64,000 bases of DNA from Octopus vulgaris (GCA_951406725.2 OX597819.1:104594001-104658000); one strand, 5' to 3'; positions 1 through 13,475 are shown, counted from the stretch's first letter. The notes: generated by a model not told the origin, from the letters alone. Program-made: numbers and translations.

Positions 1-164
1 TTTCTACCTTTTGTAGGAAGGTACTCACTTTTGTTTTTCACTATTGAGTCATCTTCACTGGTATAGTTGAAAAGAGCTTCTGTGAGGCGTAATTTACGGC
101 AGAAGTCCAAAGTATTGTCCTTAATTTCATTTGGGTTCGGTCTGCGAATGCATATATATATATA

Positions 165-212
<48 letters not shown>

Positions 213-218
<6 letters not shown>

Positions 219-1042
219 TATATTGAGGGTACTACTATTCGTAGATACCAACACGCTAAGAGGGACCAATGCGGTCAAAACTACTAAAAATAAACAAAAT
301 TTTACCGAATGCAAAACTTCAAAACACATCATTTTAAAAAAGAATTCAGTTACATACCACATGTGATTTCGCATTTAAATGCAGAATATGCATTTCTATG
401 TTCATCAGTGCAACAAACTCAAGAAATATAATAGAAAAACATAACATTACAAGCTCGATAGCCAACCGTAGAATTCGTCGTAGCATGTCCGAATGTTTAT
501 CTTTATATATCTATGAAAATGGCGGGCTCATTTGCAATGCATTTCGGTTACAAATTGTCTATTCGGAATAAAAATTCAGTATTGAACTATTCCGGTGGAA
601 AATATAAATTAACAATTGAGGATAAAATCTTTAAAAGAAATTATCAGTAGTCAGCGTGAAAAACCTCGTAAGAGAAAAAATCCGTAAATTCTTCCTCATT
701 GAAAATATTCATTTATATTATATTGAGGGTACTACTATTCGTAGATACCAACACGCTAAGAGGGACCAATGCGGTCAAAACTACTAAAAATAAACAAAAT
801 TTTACCGAATGCAAAACTTCAAAACACATCATTTTAAAAAAGAATTCAGTTACATACCACATGTGATTTCGCATTTAAATGCAGAATATGTTGGTATCTA
901 CGAATAGTAGTACCCTCAATATAATATAAATGAATATTTTCAAAGAGGAAGAATTTACGGATTTTTTCTCTTACGAGGTTTTTCACGCTGACTACTGATA
1001 ATTTCTTTTAAAGATTTTATCCTCAATTGTTAATTTATATTT
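213..1042 (-). mobile_element. Non-coding PLE-type/retrozyme-like insertion: partial tandem with 500-bp period plus inverted segment
   Basis: 213-390 repeats exactly at 713-890; 891-1042 is the reverse complement of ~598-750; abuts (TA)n; contains a minus-strand HHR; no ORF. Confidence 0.75.
349..414 (-). ncRNA. Type I hammerhead ribozyme motif
   Basis: Minus strand reads GTTGCA-CTGATGA-(stem II with AAATGCA/TGCATTT)-GAAA-TCACATGTGG-TA-TGTAAC. Stem I pairs, stem III is palindromic, cleavage triplet GUA; there is an A-C mismatch at the stem II base. Confidence 0.75.
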
Positions 1043-1179
1043 TTGGGGATAAACATTCATTCCGGTACCTACAAGCGAGCTGCCTTGAGAAATTGGGTTG
1101 TGACTGCCCTTTCGAGGATGTAAGAAGTCCTATCGAGGGTCTTCTCTTCGTGTATTTATATACTATTATAATATATACA

Positions 1180-1410
1180 TGATTGCCGTCCACTCGTGAC
1201 CGAGGAAGACCATTGCCGGCCTTCAGGAACATTGTGCGCTCTAGGACTAACTTATATTTTGCATTTGCGGCTCCGTTGGTGGCTAATGAGCCCTGCTCTT
1301 GACAAGCATACACGACTGCAAACATCGCAGACCAAGCTTTCCCCATTCACTATACGAGCCATGCGCTTTCGCGCAGGTCGCTTAAGTTCTTCATGCTGGA
1401 TACGTACTCT
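1180..1410 (-). mobile_element. RTE-clade LINE 3' end fragment
   Basis: Translates to C-terminal C2H2 finger CDVCSRVCLSRAGLISHQR, like the end of the 47131-48501 ORF, followed by a short 3' UTR. Confidence 0.7.
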
Positions 1411-1843
1411 CTCATACATACATAGGCACAGACACACACATATATATATGTACACACACACACACAATATACACGCACGTTACGAGTTGTTTGTATAGGC
1501 TTGCCTTTTGCCTTGAAATTTAGCATACAATTTACATATGCTTCAATTTTTCTGTATAGTTTTTCTGTATAAATGCTGATGTACATATGTTTATATGTCA
1601 CTCTTACACAGGCGGTTTGTGTGCCCTCTCTGTCATTTAATTGTGATGTGAGGAATATTTGTTAGTCCCCTCAAGCTAATGAATCGACTATGCGATAATC
1701 TTTTTAATTAATTGGAAGAGGCTGTTAGTTACATCTGGTTTATACTTGTGTGTGTGTGCGCGCGCGCGGAAAATGGGTAAAATTTGCCATGTTTATAATT
1801 ATACCATAAATTACATATATATACATACAGGTATATATCTATC

Positions 1844-1916
<73 letters not shown>

Positions 1917-1927
1917 CTCTCTCTCTC

Positions 1928-1958
<31 letters not shown>

Positions 1959-4325
1959 ATATATCTATCTATTATCGTATGTGATATATACACACTGTCA
2001 AATAGGCCAGTGATTGCGGTATTTGTCCTGAGGTAGCATCTGTTAATGACGTGTTCAGCTAAAAACAGCGGCCAGTGTGAACACAAGACGCATTTCAGCC
2101 TTTTTGAACCTTTCCTATGACGAGTACTCGCAATCAGTCATACTAAGACGAAAATTCTCCACCTCTGGTACAGGAAAAGTGAATAAAACTTACACTGATG
2201 TTGCAAATACCCACTTGTCTGAATAAAAAAAATGGTGTATGCAGTTGTGGTATATTAAATTAAAATAGCAATCTATGCACCGTAAGTAATGTATATACAG
2301 TGTAGACAGACCGGTTACTGCGACATTTTTCCTGTGATAACATCTCTTATGGACGTGCCATGGAAAAAAATATCAGTGGAATTGTTCACAGGAAATTCGT
2401 AAAATATATAAAAATAGAAAGATTCTAAGAAAATAAATTATTTAAAGAATTATTTCTTTATGACTTGCAAGGTGTTGAAATGGGTGAACGTTAGGTGGAT
2501 TTTATTAATCCAGGACTAACAGTTTAGTTTATACCAACACCATCAGTATCATCCTCTCACTACCTATCACCATCATCACAGTGTTTAGGGAGGTGTCCAT
2601 GCTATTACAAATATTCAGGTCACAAATATGGTTTGAGTATGCCTTCATCCCTCCTATTCATCAGTCTTGGAAGCCCTTTAAGCGTCATAGGTCATGCGCA
2701 TTGGCTTTTCCTCCTAAGAAAAATTCATGGAAAATACACAGTGATAAAATGAGTACAGTAACAAATGCAGCCATGTTTTCAAGGCATGGCATATATCTTT
2801 AGCTAAACATTTTGAATGCTTACAAAGCAGATGCAAATTACCGTATATTACTCCTCGAAGAATAACTAGAAAGCATAATGTTGTAGACCTGTTTAAAGCT
2901 GACCAAGCTTTAAATACCATCACAAACCATTACAACTGCTGCTGCTACTACTACTACTACTACTACTACTGATTTCACAAATATCTTAAATCAGTATATT
3001 ACTAGTACTTATATAATCAACTTTGAGAACATGCAGTTCAAAGTTGGGAACAAAACAAAATACAACTGGATAACCACAAAGTATTTTGTCCCTTGTACTA
3101 ATGGTTGAACCTTGCAAGGGATTTGCCCTTGAATTAGAGATTCAGCTGTCATCCTGCACTACAAAGCTTTTTATGCCCTACATTAGTGTTTTGGTCGTTT
3201 AGCGTTACCAGCTATTCTCTCGAGTACACTAAAAGCTCTTCTGCCATTGACCCCTCTAAGAAACTCAGCAATAACAAAAAAAGTATCACAACAATAACAT
3301 TAGATCTAATGATTTAAATAAAATAAAAGACTATTCTAATTGCTCTAACATAAAATATAAAACTATTCTAATAGCCCTAACGTAGCACCCTGTTTAACAC
3401 CGCCACTTCAAGAGGTGTTTGTAATTCACACTGCTACAATGATTTCTGGTTACTTCTCCGTAGAAATTAATCTGGGAATATGTTCAAGCAGATTATCCGT
3501 CGGATCTGTTTGACCCGCTGGGCTGGCTTTTGGAAGTCTTCACGCTTATTGGCGAAACCTTATGGTATAAAGTTGTGTGCGCAATGTGTAAGTGTGAGAT
3601 CGAGTAAAGTGAATCTAGCTTGCAAAGTTCCGTAGATTACTCCCGTTCAATTTACTAGATGCATTTCAGTTGTAAAGGGACTTAGTTACTCCCTGTCAAC
3701 CATAGAAACAACATTTGAAACAGCAGTAAGGGAACGAAATAATGAGAGAGATTGCTATGTTGTCGCTCAGCAAACTAGAAACTAGGGTCATATCGTTGAA
3801 TATCACATGCCGTCTTAAAAAAAAAAGGAAAAAGTCGAATATGTACTCCAATTTAGATTATGTTTGAATAAATGACGGGATAATCACGGCTACGTCTGAC
3901 CTATAGTTAAACAACAACAACAACGATTATAAGGGCGAAGTCTCTTGCACGACATTCAACATACATAAACAACAGCCTCAGCAGCATTAACAAAACAACA
4001 ATAACAACCGCAACAACGACAACGGCACATACAATAACGACAACAACATGAACAACAAAAACAACAAAGATTGACAATTATTTTAGGAATCTGAATGAGA
4101 CATCGGAAATAACTTCATCTATTAATGAAATCTTCATGTTTTTGAGTAGAAAATTCAATTAATTCCACGCAGTAATTGGGTAGAAAGAGAAAGAGGGAGA
4201 GAGTGGAGCAAGAGACATGGAAAGGGATACAAAGAGGGAGAGAGTGAAGTAAGAGACAGAGAAGGGATTTACAGAGGGAGAGAGAGAAACACGCACAGAG
4301 CGAGCGATATAAAGAGTGAATGAGT

Positions 4326-4363
<38 letters not shown>

Positions 4364-4555
4364 TGGGGAAATAATGGCATAGAATTTCTAGAAAATTAAG
4401 GCATCACTGGAACCTAACATCTCTCTGCAAGTTTTATATTTTACTGATTCCTCATCTCGTTAAAGGCATACCACACCAGCTATTACTGCTATATCAACTA
4501 CTACTATTATTGCTACTGCTGCTGCTGTTGCTGCTGTATGTGTAGTTATTAAAGG

Positions 4556-4660
<105 letters not shown>

Positions 4661-4789
4661 TATATATTGTATAATCTATACGATTTGAACGAAGAACATC
4701 TATCTATCTATCTATCTATCTATCTGTGTGTGTGTGTGTGTGTGTAAATGTTGTATATATGCATGTTATATTTATGCATATAAAGACAA

Positions 4790-6425
4790 ACCCTAATGAA
4801 AAAGCTTCTGTAGGGACAGGTAGACTAGTTGCGAAAAGCCCTTGCGAGAGGAGAGATGGTTAGCAACGGGGGGATAAGATAAAACTAGATTCCTTGAAGC
4901 AAAAAGGTTTATAGGCGAGTAATGGAAGAATTAAAACAAACGATAAACGCGAAAGCTGCAAAGATCAAGAGATTCATTAACAGAATTGAACAGTTTAGAC
5001 GATATAAGTTGTTCAAAACAGATCAAAGTAGATTTCACGAGGAAATAAATGGTGATGTTATAGTGAACATACCATCTAACAAGGAAGAGACAAAGGAACT
5101 CTGGAGAAATATTTTGAGCCACGAAATGAAGCACAATAACTACGCAGATAAAATAGATAAAGGCAAATAAGCAGATTTTCCAAATCAAAAATAGAGATCA
5201 CAAGAGAATAGTTGAAAAATGTCTTGAAAGGGATGCCAAACATGAAATCTCCAGGACCAGATCTGGTCCATAGATTTTAGCTAAGACGTTACACTGCGCT
5301 CCATGAAAGATCGAATACACAACTAAATAGTTGTATTGAAACGGGGGATTATTCCTGAATGGATGACGAAAGACAGGATGGTATTGATATTGAAAGAGCA
5401 AAAGAAAGTAAATATTGCAGGTAACTACCGCTCAATAACTTGCCTTCTAGTGACATGAAAGTTGCTAATAGGTTTTCTTGCAGAAGATATATGTAAATAT
5501 ATATCTGTCAGAAGAATAAAGGATGTAACAAAGGTTCTAAAGGGACAAACAGGTTATCATATGTAGATCAATGAGTTCTCCGACAGGTCAAAAGCAGGAT
5601 GAGAAACTTTGCAACTACATGGATTGACTACCAAAAGGCATGTGAAAATGTGCCACTATCATGGAGCCTAGAATGTCCCAATATAATTTGGATTGCTGAG
5701 AATTTTGTCCAGCTCTAACAAAACAATATGCCAAAATGGAGAACTATACTAACGTCAAGTCAGCGTAAGTAAGGGAATATTCCAAAGTGATACACTCATT
5801 CTCCCCAATGGCATTCATGGTTGCTCCGATTCTACTTACGTTTATCTAGAGAGAGAGCGGCTAAACCATTCCAAATATTCAGCAGTGGTAAGAAAATGAA
5901 ACACCTCCTATTTATGGACGACCTGAAATTATTTGCCGAAAGTGAGAAAGCTTTAGATTCACTGGTTAAAACTATTAGAGCTATGAGTGATGACATTGGC
6001 ATGGAATCTAAAAAGGTAGATGTACGGTGTCAGTAATAAAGAGCGGAAAATATCCAGGTTAGAAGGGATGAAGCTCCCAGATGAGACATCAATCCGGGCA
6101 ATGAATGACGGTGAGAGTAACAAGTACCTTAGTGTATTGGTGACAGATAGAATTCTCTGTCAAGAAAGGAAAGAGATGAGAAATGAATATCTCCCGAGTG
6201 TGAAAAGGGTGATAATCTTAAAACTGAATGGAGGGAAAACATCTCTGCAGTAAACACATGGGTGGAGTCTCTAATACGATATTCTGTTGCTTTTCTGAAC
6301 TGGAATAAAGAAGAATTAAGAAACATAAGTCATAAAACAAGGAAGATAATTCTATGTACAGGTCACTATATCCCAGAGACGGTGTCGATAGGTTATTTTG
6401 CAAGAAAATAGAATGAATAACCCGA
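4790..6425 (+). mobile_element. Degraded R4/Dong-like (RLE-type non-LTR) RT region
   Basis: Frameshifted motifs EELKQTINAKAAKIKRF, SPGPD, NYRSITCL, WIDYQKA, GIFQ, HLLFMDDLKLFA, KYL. Confidence 0.8.
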
Positions 6426-6437
6426 AATATATGTATG

Positions 6438-6503
<66 letters not shown>

Positions 6504-6504
<1 letters not shown>

Positions 6505-6860
6505 GAGAGTGGTCACTATATGGCTCACTCTAGCACTAGTTAATCCAAAGGTTTCAACCACAAAAATACATGTTTCCCATGAAAGTCAGTACGATTGTTA
6601 GCCCTGTTCGTGTGAGCTAACAATCGTACTGACTTTCATGGGAAACATGTATTTTTGTGGTTGAAACCTTTTGGATTAACTAGTGCTAGAGTGAGCCATA
6701 TAGTGACCACTCTCTTATATTTATTTTTGTATAGAATATTATAATATATTATAAAATATTATAATAATCCAGGTTTCTCGGAGCACTGGGCCACTTGGTG
6801 TTGAATAGATATACTATTAAATTAGTATCTAATTCTCTCACCCTTATTAATTAATTAATT
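6504..6860 (+). mobile_element. PLE-type terminal fragment with ~100-bp fold-back
   Basis: Inverted arms 6504-6602 and 6616-6715; contains GAAACATGTA (3' half of an HHR with palindromic stem III); flanked by (TA)n on both sides. Confidence 0.55.
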
Positions 6861-6881
6861 ATATATATATATATATATATG

Positions 6882-7022
<141 letters not shown>

Positions 7023-7504
7023 GGGGGCGTGTATGTGTATGTAAGGAAACGGGGCGCTGCCGTTTTTGACATTTACGCTACTTTTACACCACAAATTTGG
7101 CAAATGATGGAATGCTGCTGCTGTTGGTATTCTTGCTGCTGTTAGTACATTTTTAAAAGTTAAAATTAAAGTTTATCCTTCTAATTCTGTTTAGTGCTCC
7201 GAGTGTTTGAAATTGACTTAGGATAGGGTCTGTTTACATTACAGCTAACAATATTTTGTGACGAAACATTCAGGCATTTCATATGTAGCCATTTTGCAAT
7301 GCGTGTAAATATTGTAAATGGTAGTTGTTAAATGAAGAGTAGATTGTTGAACAAGCCTAAAGACAAGTTTTTCCTGTATTCCAGATAAGCATAGACTTTA
7401 AACGATAAGTAAAAACAAATATTTTCATTAGGAAGTCCTGGAAGAAAGTGCTTGCTACTAGTAATATCAAAATTTAACAACAACAACAACAATAACTACT
7501 ATAA

Positions 7505-7703
7505 GCACTAAGCCTGGAATTTATGGGGAGTTGGTAGTCGATAACATTGACCCGAGTACTTGACTGGTACTTAATATGTAGACAACGAAAGGATGAAAGG
7601 CAAGGTCAACCTTAGCGGAATTTGAATCCAGAACGTAAAAACGGACGAAATGCTACAAAGCATTTTGCCCGGAGTGCTAACGATTTTGCCAGCTCGTCAC
7701 CTT
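7505..7703 (-). mobile_element. tRNA-derived SINE (family A)
   Basis: Similar copies at 9652-9865, 10040-10108, 33085-33335 and 39781-40200; head GGCGAGCTGGCAGAATCGTTAGC and body GCCTTTCATCCTTTCG. Confidence 0.75.
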
Positions 7704-7714
7704 AATAATAATAA

Positions 7715-7946
7715 GTAGGCATGATAAAAAAATATTCAGACAAATATATAACAAAAACACCAGGATTTACAAACACATATAACATACAGAAAATTGCACT
7801 ACTAGGCACTGCACATATCCTACGCAGAACACTTTCAATACAGTAACCACCAGAGCATCACAATAAATCACAGCACATACCCAAGGCACACAGAGCTGCA
7901 CTCGGTAGTGAAGTAAAGGCACGTTATAAAAATAAAACTACTGAAT
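7715..7946 (+). mobile_element. R4/Dong-like LINE 3' end
   Basis: Encodes GMIKKYSDKYITKTPG...IQKIALLGTAHILRRTLSIQ* plus 3' UTR, followed by (TAA)n; near-identical copy at 57372-57682. Confidence 0.8.
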
Positions 7947-7947
7947 G

Positions 7948-8011
<64 letters not shown>

Positions 8012-8035
8012 GCAACGAAAAAAGCGCACGAGCAA

Positions 8036-8812
8036 TTGGCTGATAGGTGGGAGGAGAAACCTCTGCACGGCAAAGATGTGGCCCGCAGCAAACAAGCTGA
8101 TGTTGACCAGAAGCAAACCCATCAGTGGCTACGGGGCTCAGGGCTAAAAGCAGAGAGCGAAGGTTTCATCCTGGCTGCTCAAGATCAAAGCCTATTAACC
8201 CGGAACTACCAGGCCAATGTGATGAAAAATGGAGCAGACCCAAAATGCCGATTCTGCAACGACATGATTGAAACAGTGGACCACCTAATCTCTGGATGTA
8301 AAGTCTTAGCACCAGTGGAGTATAAATTAAGACATGACAGAGTTGGCCAATATCTACACTGGCTAATAAGTCGGCATTACAATATCAAAACTGCCGACAA
8401 GTGGTATAATCACCACCCTGAGGCTGTAACTGAAGGAGAAAATGTAACGATTCTGTGGGACTTTCCAGTACATACAGACCGAACCATCAAGGCCAATAAA
8501 CCAGATATCGTTGTGAAAGACCAAAACAATAAAGTTTGCTTATTGATCGACATGAGCATTCCCTGTGATCATAATATCTCAGCGAAAGAGTTTGACAAGC
8601 TCAGAAAATATAAAGACCTACTCATTGAAATTGAGAAAATGTGGCATCTCAAGGCGGTTACAATACCAGTGATCGTAGGAGCTCTAGGAATGATCAAGAA
8701 GGGAACCGAAAATTATATGAGAATGATCCCTGGCTTACCATCCCTGCAAGAAGTGCAAAAGATTGTCTTAACTGGTACATCACACGTATTGAGAAGAGCA
8801 TTGTCGATGTGA
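8036..8812 (+). CDS. C-terminal CCHC + restriction-like endonuclease of a 5'-truncated R4/Dong-like LINE (element ~8011-9002)
   Basis: Open 258 aa with ESEGFILAAQDQ, CRFC..ETVDHLISGC, RHD, KPDIVV..IDMSIP..K..KY; flanked by (TAA)n. Confidence 0.9.
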   Translation: MADRWEEKPLHGKDVARSKQADVDQKQTHQWLRGSGLKAESEGFILAAQDQSLLTRNYQANVMKNGADPKCRFCNDMIETVDHLISGCKVLAPVEYKLRHDRVGQYLHWLISRHYNIKTADKWYNHHPEAVTEGENVTILWDFPVHTDRTIKANKPDIVVKDQNNKVCLLIDMSIPCDHNISAKEFDKLRKYKDLLIEIEKMWHLKAVTIPVIVGALGMIKKGTENYMRMIPGLPSLQEVQKIVLTGTSHVLRRALSM

Positions 8813-9026
8813 GAACTGTTGCTGCTCATGTATTTTAATTTAACTTTTAAAAAAATAATTTTAAAAAAATAATTTTTAAAAAATGAACGAACTATTGAGT
8901 TTGGTTTAATGGCCTACCAATGTATACTATGAGTTTCTTTGCCCTAGGAGTCGGGAAGACACTCGGCAAGAAATGGAAGCAAATTTGAAAAAGAAAAAAA
9001 AAGTAATAATAATAATAATAATAATA

Positions 9027-9625
9027 TGTACACAGACACGACAAAATAAGCAGTTACATCCACTGGGCAATATCCCAAAATTGCAACATCAAACTGACAG
9101 CAGGTGGTATAAGCATGTGCCAAGCAAGATACAAAACAAAGATACAAGTCACAATCATCTGAGATATGCCGGTTCAAACCGACAAAGTAATAAGAGCTAA
9201 TCGCTCAGACATAATAATCAAGGATTGGGCAATGACACAACACTGCACACTGTCCAAAAAATAGCCCTGCTAGGAACAGCCCACATTCTAAGCAAAACAC
9301 TATCAATCCAATAATAGAACCGAAAAAAAAAAAAAAAACCCACAAATACAAGATACACTCTATACAACATTTACCCAATGAAATAAACTCCCACCAGCAA
9401 CCCCGAAACCAAAGCATTACACACTCAACACACAGTACAAGCAGCAACACAACAAAAGACATCACCACACCTCAAGGAAAAAGACTAACACAGTACAATA
9501 CTAGGAAGAGTTCACACACTCCCAGCAGCAAAGAACAGGCAATACTGCACACACCCTAGTAACATGGAGGTGTAGCTGGTGATGCAGTAGAAATTTGCCT
9601 CAATCTACCAAATATTGAACAGTTA
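9027..9625 (+). mobile_element. Degraded R4/Dong-like 3' fragment
   Basis: YVHRHDKISSYIHW...RWYKHVP and VQKIALLGTAHILSKTLSIQ*; (TAA)n on both sides. Confidence 0.7.
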
Positions 9626-9651
9626 TAATAATAATAATAATAATAATAATA

Positions 9652-9865
9652 CTTTCTACTAAAGGCACAAGGCCTGAAATTTTGGGGGAGGAGATTAATC
9701 GATTACATCGACTCCAGTGTTTCACTGGTACTCATTTTATAGACCCTGAAAGGAGTAAAGGCAAAGTCAACCTCGGCGGAATTTGAAACTTGAACGTGAA
9801 GACGGACGAAATGCCGCTAAGCATTTTGCCCGGTATGCTAACGATTCTGCCAGCTCGCCACATTA
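9652..9865 (-). mobile_element. tRNA-derived SINE (family A)
   Basis: Aligns by eye to 7505-7703; flanked by (TAA)n. Confidence 0.75.
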
Positions 9866-9879
9866 ATAATAATAATAAT

Positions 9880-9927
<48 letters not shown>

Positions 9928-10109
9928 TCCAATTAACGCATAAGCCACTACATCAAAGGCATTTCATTCGATAGATTCTTGAGTGATAAAAAGTTCATCG
10001 TGGAGTGATTTGAATTCTTAACCTAAAAATCTGTATGTATGGCGAGCTGGCAGAAGCGTTAGCGCGCCGGGCGAAATGCTTAATAGTATTTCGTCTGGCT
10101 TTACGTTTT

Positions 10110-10485
10110 AGGCGCAGGAGTGGCTGTGTAGTAAGTAGCTTGCTTACCAACCACATGGTTCTGGGTTCAGTCCCACTGCGTGGCACCTTATGCGAGTGTC
10201 TTCTACTATAGCCTCGAGCCTACCAAAGCCTTGTGAGTGGATTTGGTACATGTAAACTGAAAGAAACCCGTCGTATATATGTATATGTATATGTGTGTGT
10301 ATGTTTGTGTGTCTCTGTTTGTCACCCCAACATCGCTTGACAACCGATGCTGGTGTGTTTACGTCCACTTAACTTAGCGGTTCGGCAAAATAGACCGATA
10401 GAATAAGTACTAGGCTTACAAAGAATAAGTCCTAAAGGCAGTGCTCCAGCATGGTTGCTGTCAAATGACTGAAACAAGTAAAAAA
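10110..10485 (+). mobile_element. CORE-type tRNA SINE (family B, OR-like)
   Basis: Head GGCGCAGGAGTGGCTGTG..GGTTCAGTCCCA with box A/B-like motifs and CORE-like GGCACCTTGGGCAAGTG consensus; copies at 24911 and 40574/42721. Confidence 0.75.
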
Positions 10486-10580
10486 TGTCTTAGTAGGGCA
10501 AATATACTCATGGCACCTTCTACAACGCTTTCTATATTTGTATGTGTGTGTGTATGTATGTGTGTATATATATATATATA

Positions 10581-10617
<37 letters not shown>

Positions 10618-10725
10618 CATATTCACACACTCGCACACGCATATACTAAAGGATGTTTATATATATAGTTTATATTTAAACGCGCACACATATACATATA
10701 AAAGAATATACATATATGTATATTT

Positions 10726-10775
<50 letters not shown>

Positions 10776-10789
10776 TATAAAGATATCTA

Positions 10790-10844
<55 letters not shown>

Positions 10845-10937
10845 ATATATATATATATATATATATTCATGCATACATACATACATACATGCATACATAC
10901 ATACATACATACATACATACATACATACATACATACA

Positions 10938-10968
<31 letters not shown>

Positions 10969-11624
10969 GTCACGATCTGTTCATACAAATGTACATGTAC
11001 AGTCGAACTTAACTTTATCATGTATCGGAGAAAAATGTAAAATAAAATATAGATTTAATGCACAGAAAAGAAAAATGCTGGCATTAATTCGTAATATATT
11101 TTTATTCAATTAAATACCAATTAATGATTCGTACCAAATGCTACCGACCTGATTCCACTTGCTGCCAAATATTCAACGTGTACTGTGCTACTATTGTGAT
11201 TGTAATCAATCATTTATACATTTATATGTGTGAGGGTTTGACGAAACATGCGACAGAATCTAAAGATTTGTCTTTAGATTTGAACCCCCATGAAATTCCT
11301 TTTCAATTAAACCCTATTATGAGTTTTTCTCTCATTTCTTGAAATTTATTCTGAATTGTCGTATTTGTTCAATTGTTTTGTAGTTTTGTATGGAAAATGT
11401 GATGTCGATTTCTTTGTAGAAATATGTAAATTGAGAAAATAACTTTTTGTGTTTTGCTACAACAACGAAAGGACAACAAAAAAACAATGACGACGACGAC
11501 GATGATGCTGATAATGATAGTAATACTATTAGCAATACTATTTACTTGTTTCAGTCATTGGACTGCGACCATGATGGAGGACTTCTTTGAAAGGTTTATT
11601 CGAACAAATAGATCCTACATTATT

Positions 11625-11775
11625 TAGATTATTTACAATCGACGGATATTTGTCCTCATCTTGTTTGTTGTTAACACAACGATTCGACTGATATACCCTC
11701 CAGCCTTCATCAGGTGTCTTGGGGAAAATTTGAAACCTGGGTTCTCATTCCTAAGGTATTTTTCGATTTTATTAT
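11625..11775 (-). mobile_element. PLE terminal-repeat fragment with degenerate HHR (11673-11718)
   Basis: Same family as 46690-46890; minus strand GACAC-CTGATGA-AGGCTG..CAGTC-GAAT-CGTT-GTGTT, with GAAA mutated. Confidence 0.65.
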
Positions 11776-11872
11776 TTTTTGAGCGACATGCGTGCTAATT
11801 TGTGGACGTGCATAAATTACAATCACGTACACACACGCACACACACACGCACACACATTCACCCTTTTATAG

Positions 11873-11910
<38 letters not shown>

Positions 11911-12222
11911 CAAAAATTCAGATTTCTGCCCCTCATCACGAATTTAGATGATCATAACTTTCAGAAAAATGAATATTTTTTAATGACATTCAATACAAAA
12001 ATACCTTGGACTATGTAGATTCTGAGAACATAGTAAGTTTTCGGGAAAGCAATTAGGGGTTATTATTGAGAACCGTTCCCCACTCGGGCGTGTTTCGGAA
12101 CAAGTCCATATTTGTTTCATTTTCTCTGTTTTGTGCGTTTGCGCATCCGCAGATTTCTACCACACACACACGCACACACACACGCACACACACACACGCA
12201 CACACACACGCACACACACACG

Positions 12223-12257
<35 letters not shown>

Positions 12258-12261
12258 GTTG

Positions 12262-12340
12262 CATATGGTACACCAGTTACATATGGTACACCAGTTACAT
12301 ATGGTACACCAGTTACATATGGTACACCAGTTACGTATGG
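12262..12340. repeat. 18-bp tandem repeat CATATGGTACACCAGTTA (~4 copies)
   Basis: Direct inspection. Confidence 0.9.
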
Positions 12341-12774
12341 CGCATTGGTGTCGCTAAAATGGAAAATGTTTGAAAATTTGAAACAAAAAGACGTTTTTTT
12401 TTTTAACTGACTGTTAGTTTAAACTAGTGTCTTTTAACTAGTGCCGCTTTGTTCCAAAATGCCCTCACCGAGCTCTAAATGATCTCCCGGAAGCCATATG
12501 CCCCCCCCCCCCCCGATGAGAACCTTTGATCTATACTAATCAGTCCTCTGTCATCATTCTTTCTTTTATATACAGTCTGTTTACGTTTGAGTTAACACTG
12601 AATACAATCTTTTTCGCAACCTGCATAAATGGTAGTCCAGCGGTCATTCTCAACTAATTTTTAGTTCATTTACTAGTCATTTCAAGTGCTTCCACGAGCA
12701 TTGGTTTTGTAATCACCACCACCACCACCCTGAAGAACAAGGTGCGTAACTCCGTTTTCTTTCCTCTAAGTTAA

Positions 12775-13475
12775 ATGGCTTCACTGAGAGTTGGCTGTGT
12801 AAATGTTCAGGGACTGGGTTCGTCTTGGAAGCAGGGTCACCTGCTCAACGATCTCAGGTCCCTAAATTTAGATGTGACAGCAATTAGTGAGACGAGAATT
12901 GCCGGGAAACATGCTCTTGGATCCATTTTCAAAAACTACTAGGTATTCTCGTCTTGTGGTCTGTCGGGAGTGGGCAGCAGTGTAGCAGTATTATTCCGAA
13001 AATCCTTAGGTTTCAAAGTAAGGGCAATCTTCTCGGATCCGGACGGTAGGGTGGTGATCCTAGATATGAATGGTGGTGAAGGTAGTACCTTTAGATTGGT
13101 GGCCGTGTATGCTCCCACTGTAGCTTAGGAGGTCAGATTTCTTCAGGCGTCTTGAAACATTCCTGGGAACGTCTCGCACTTTAGAACTACTGGGGGACTG
13201 GAATAATATTCTGGACGCACGGAAGGACTGTGTAGGTCTTGTAAATAGAAAAAGTGTGTGTAAAACCCTCGAAAATCTGCTCAGAAATTTCCAGCTGTCT
13301 GACAGGTATCGACTGGATTTCCCTGATGTGCTAGTGTGGATATGGAGCAATCACAATGGGCCATCCAGATCGTATCTAGATAGAGTATTTATTAGGTCAG
13401 CGGATAAGGATAGCATAAGATGTCTACAATTAAAATTAGTCGGCGAAAGAGGTTGTCTGGTGGACTAGGCTGCTG
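12775..13475 (+). mobile_element. Tx1/L1-clade ORF2 AP-endonuclease fragment, internally deleted
   Basis: MASLRVGCVNVQGL..DVTAISETR, DPDGRVVILD..VAVYAP, LLGDWN, SRSYLDRVFI, then jumps to the C-terminal AKEVVWW motif also seen at ~45887. Confidence 0.85.

Noticed and set aside
10110-10190. tRNA gene
   Set aside because: tRNA-like head of a SINE; it continues into the SINE body and no full cloverleaf is evident.
12262-12340. CRISPR-like short repeat
   Set aside because: No spacers, eukaryotic context.
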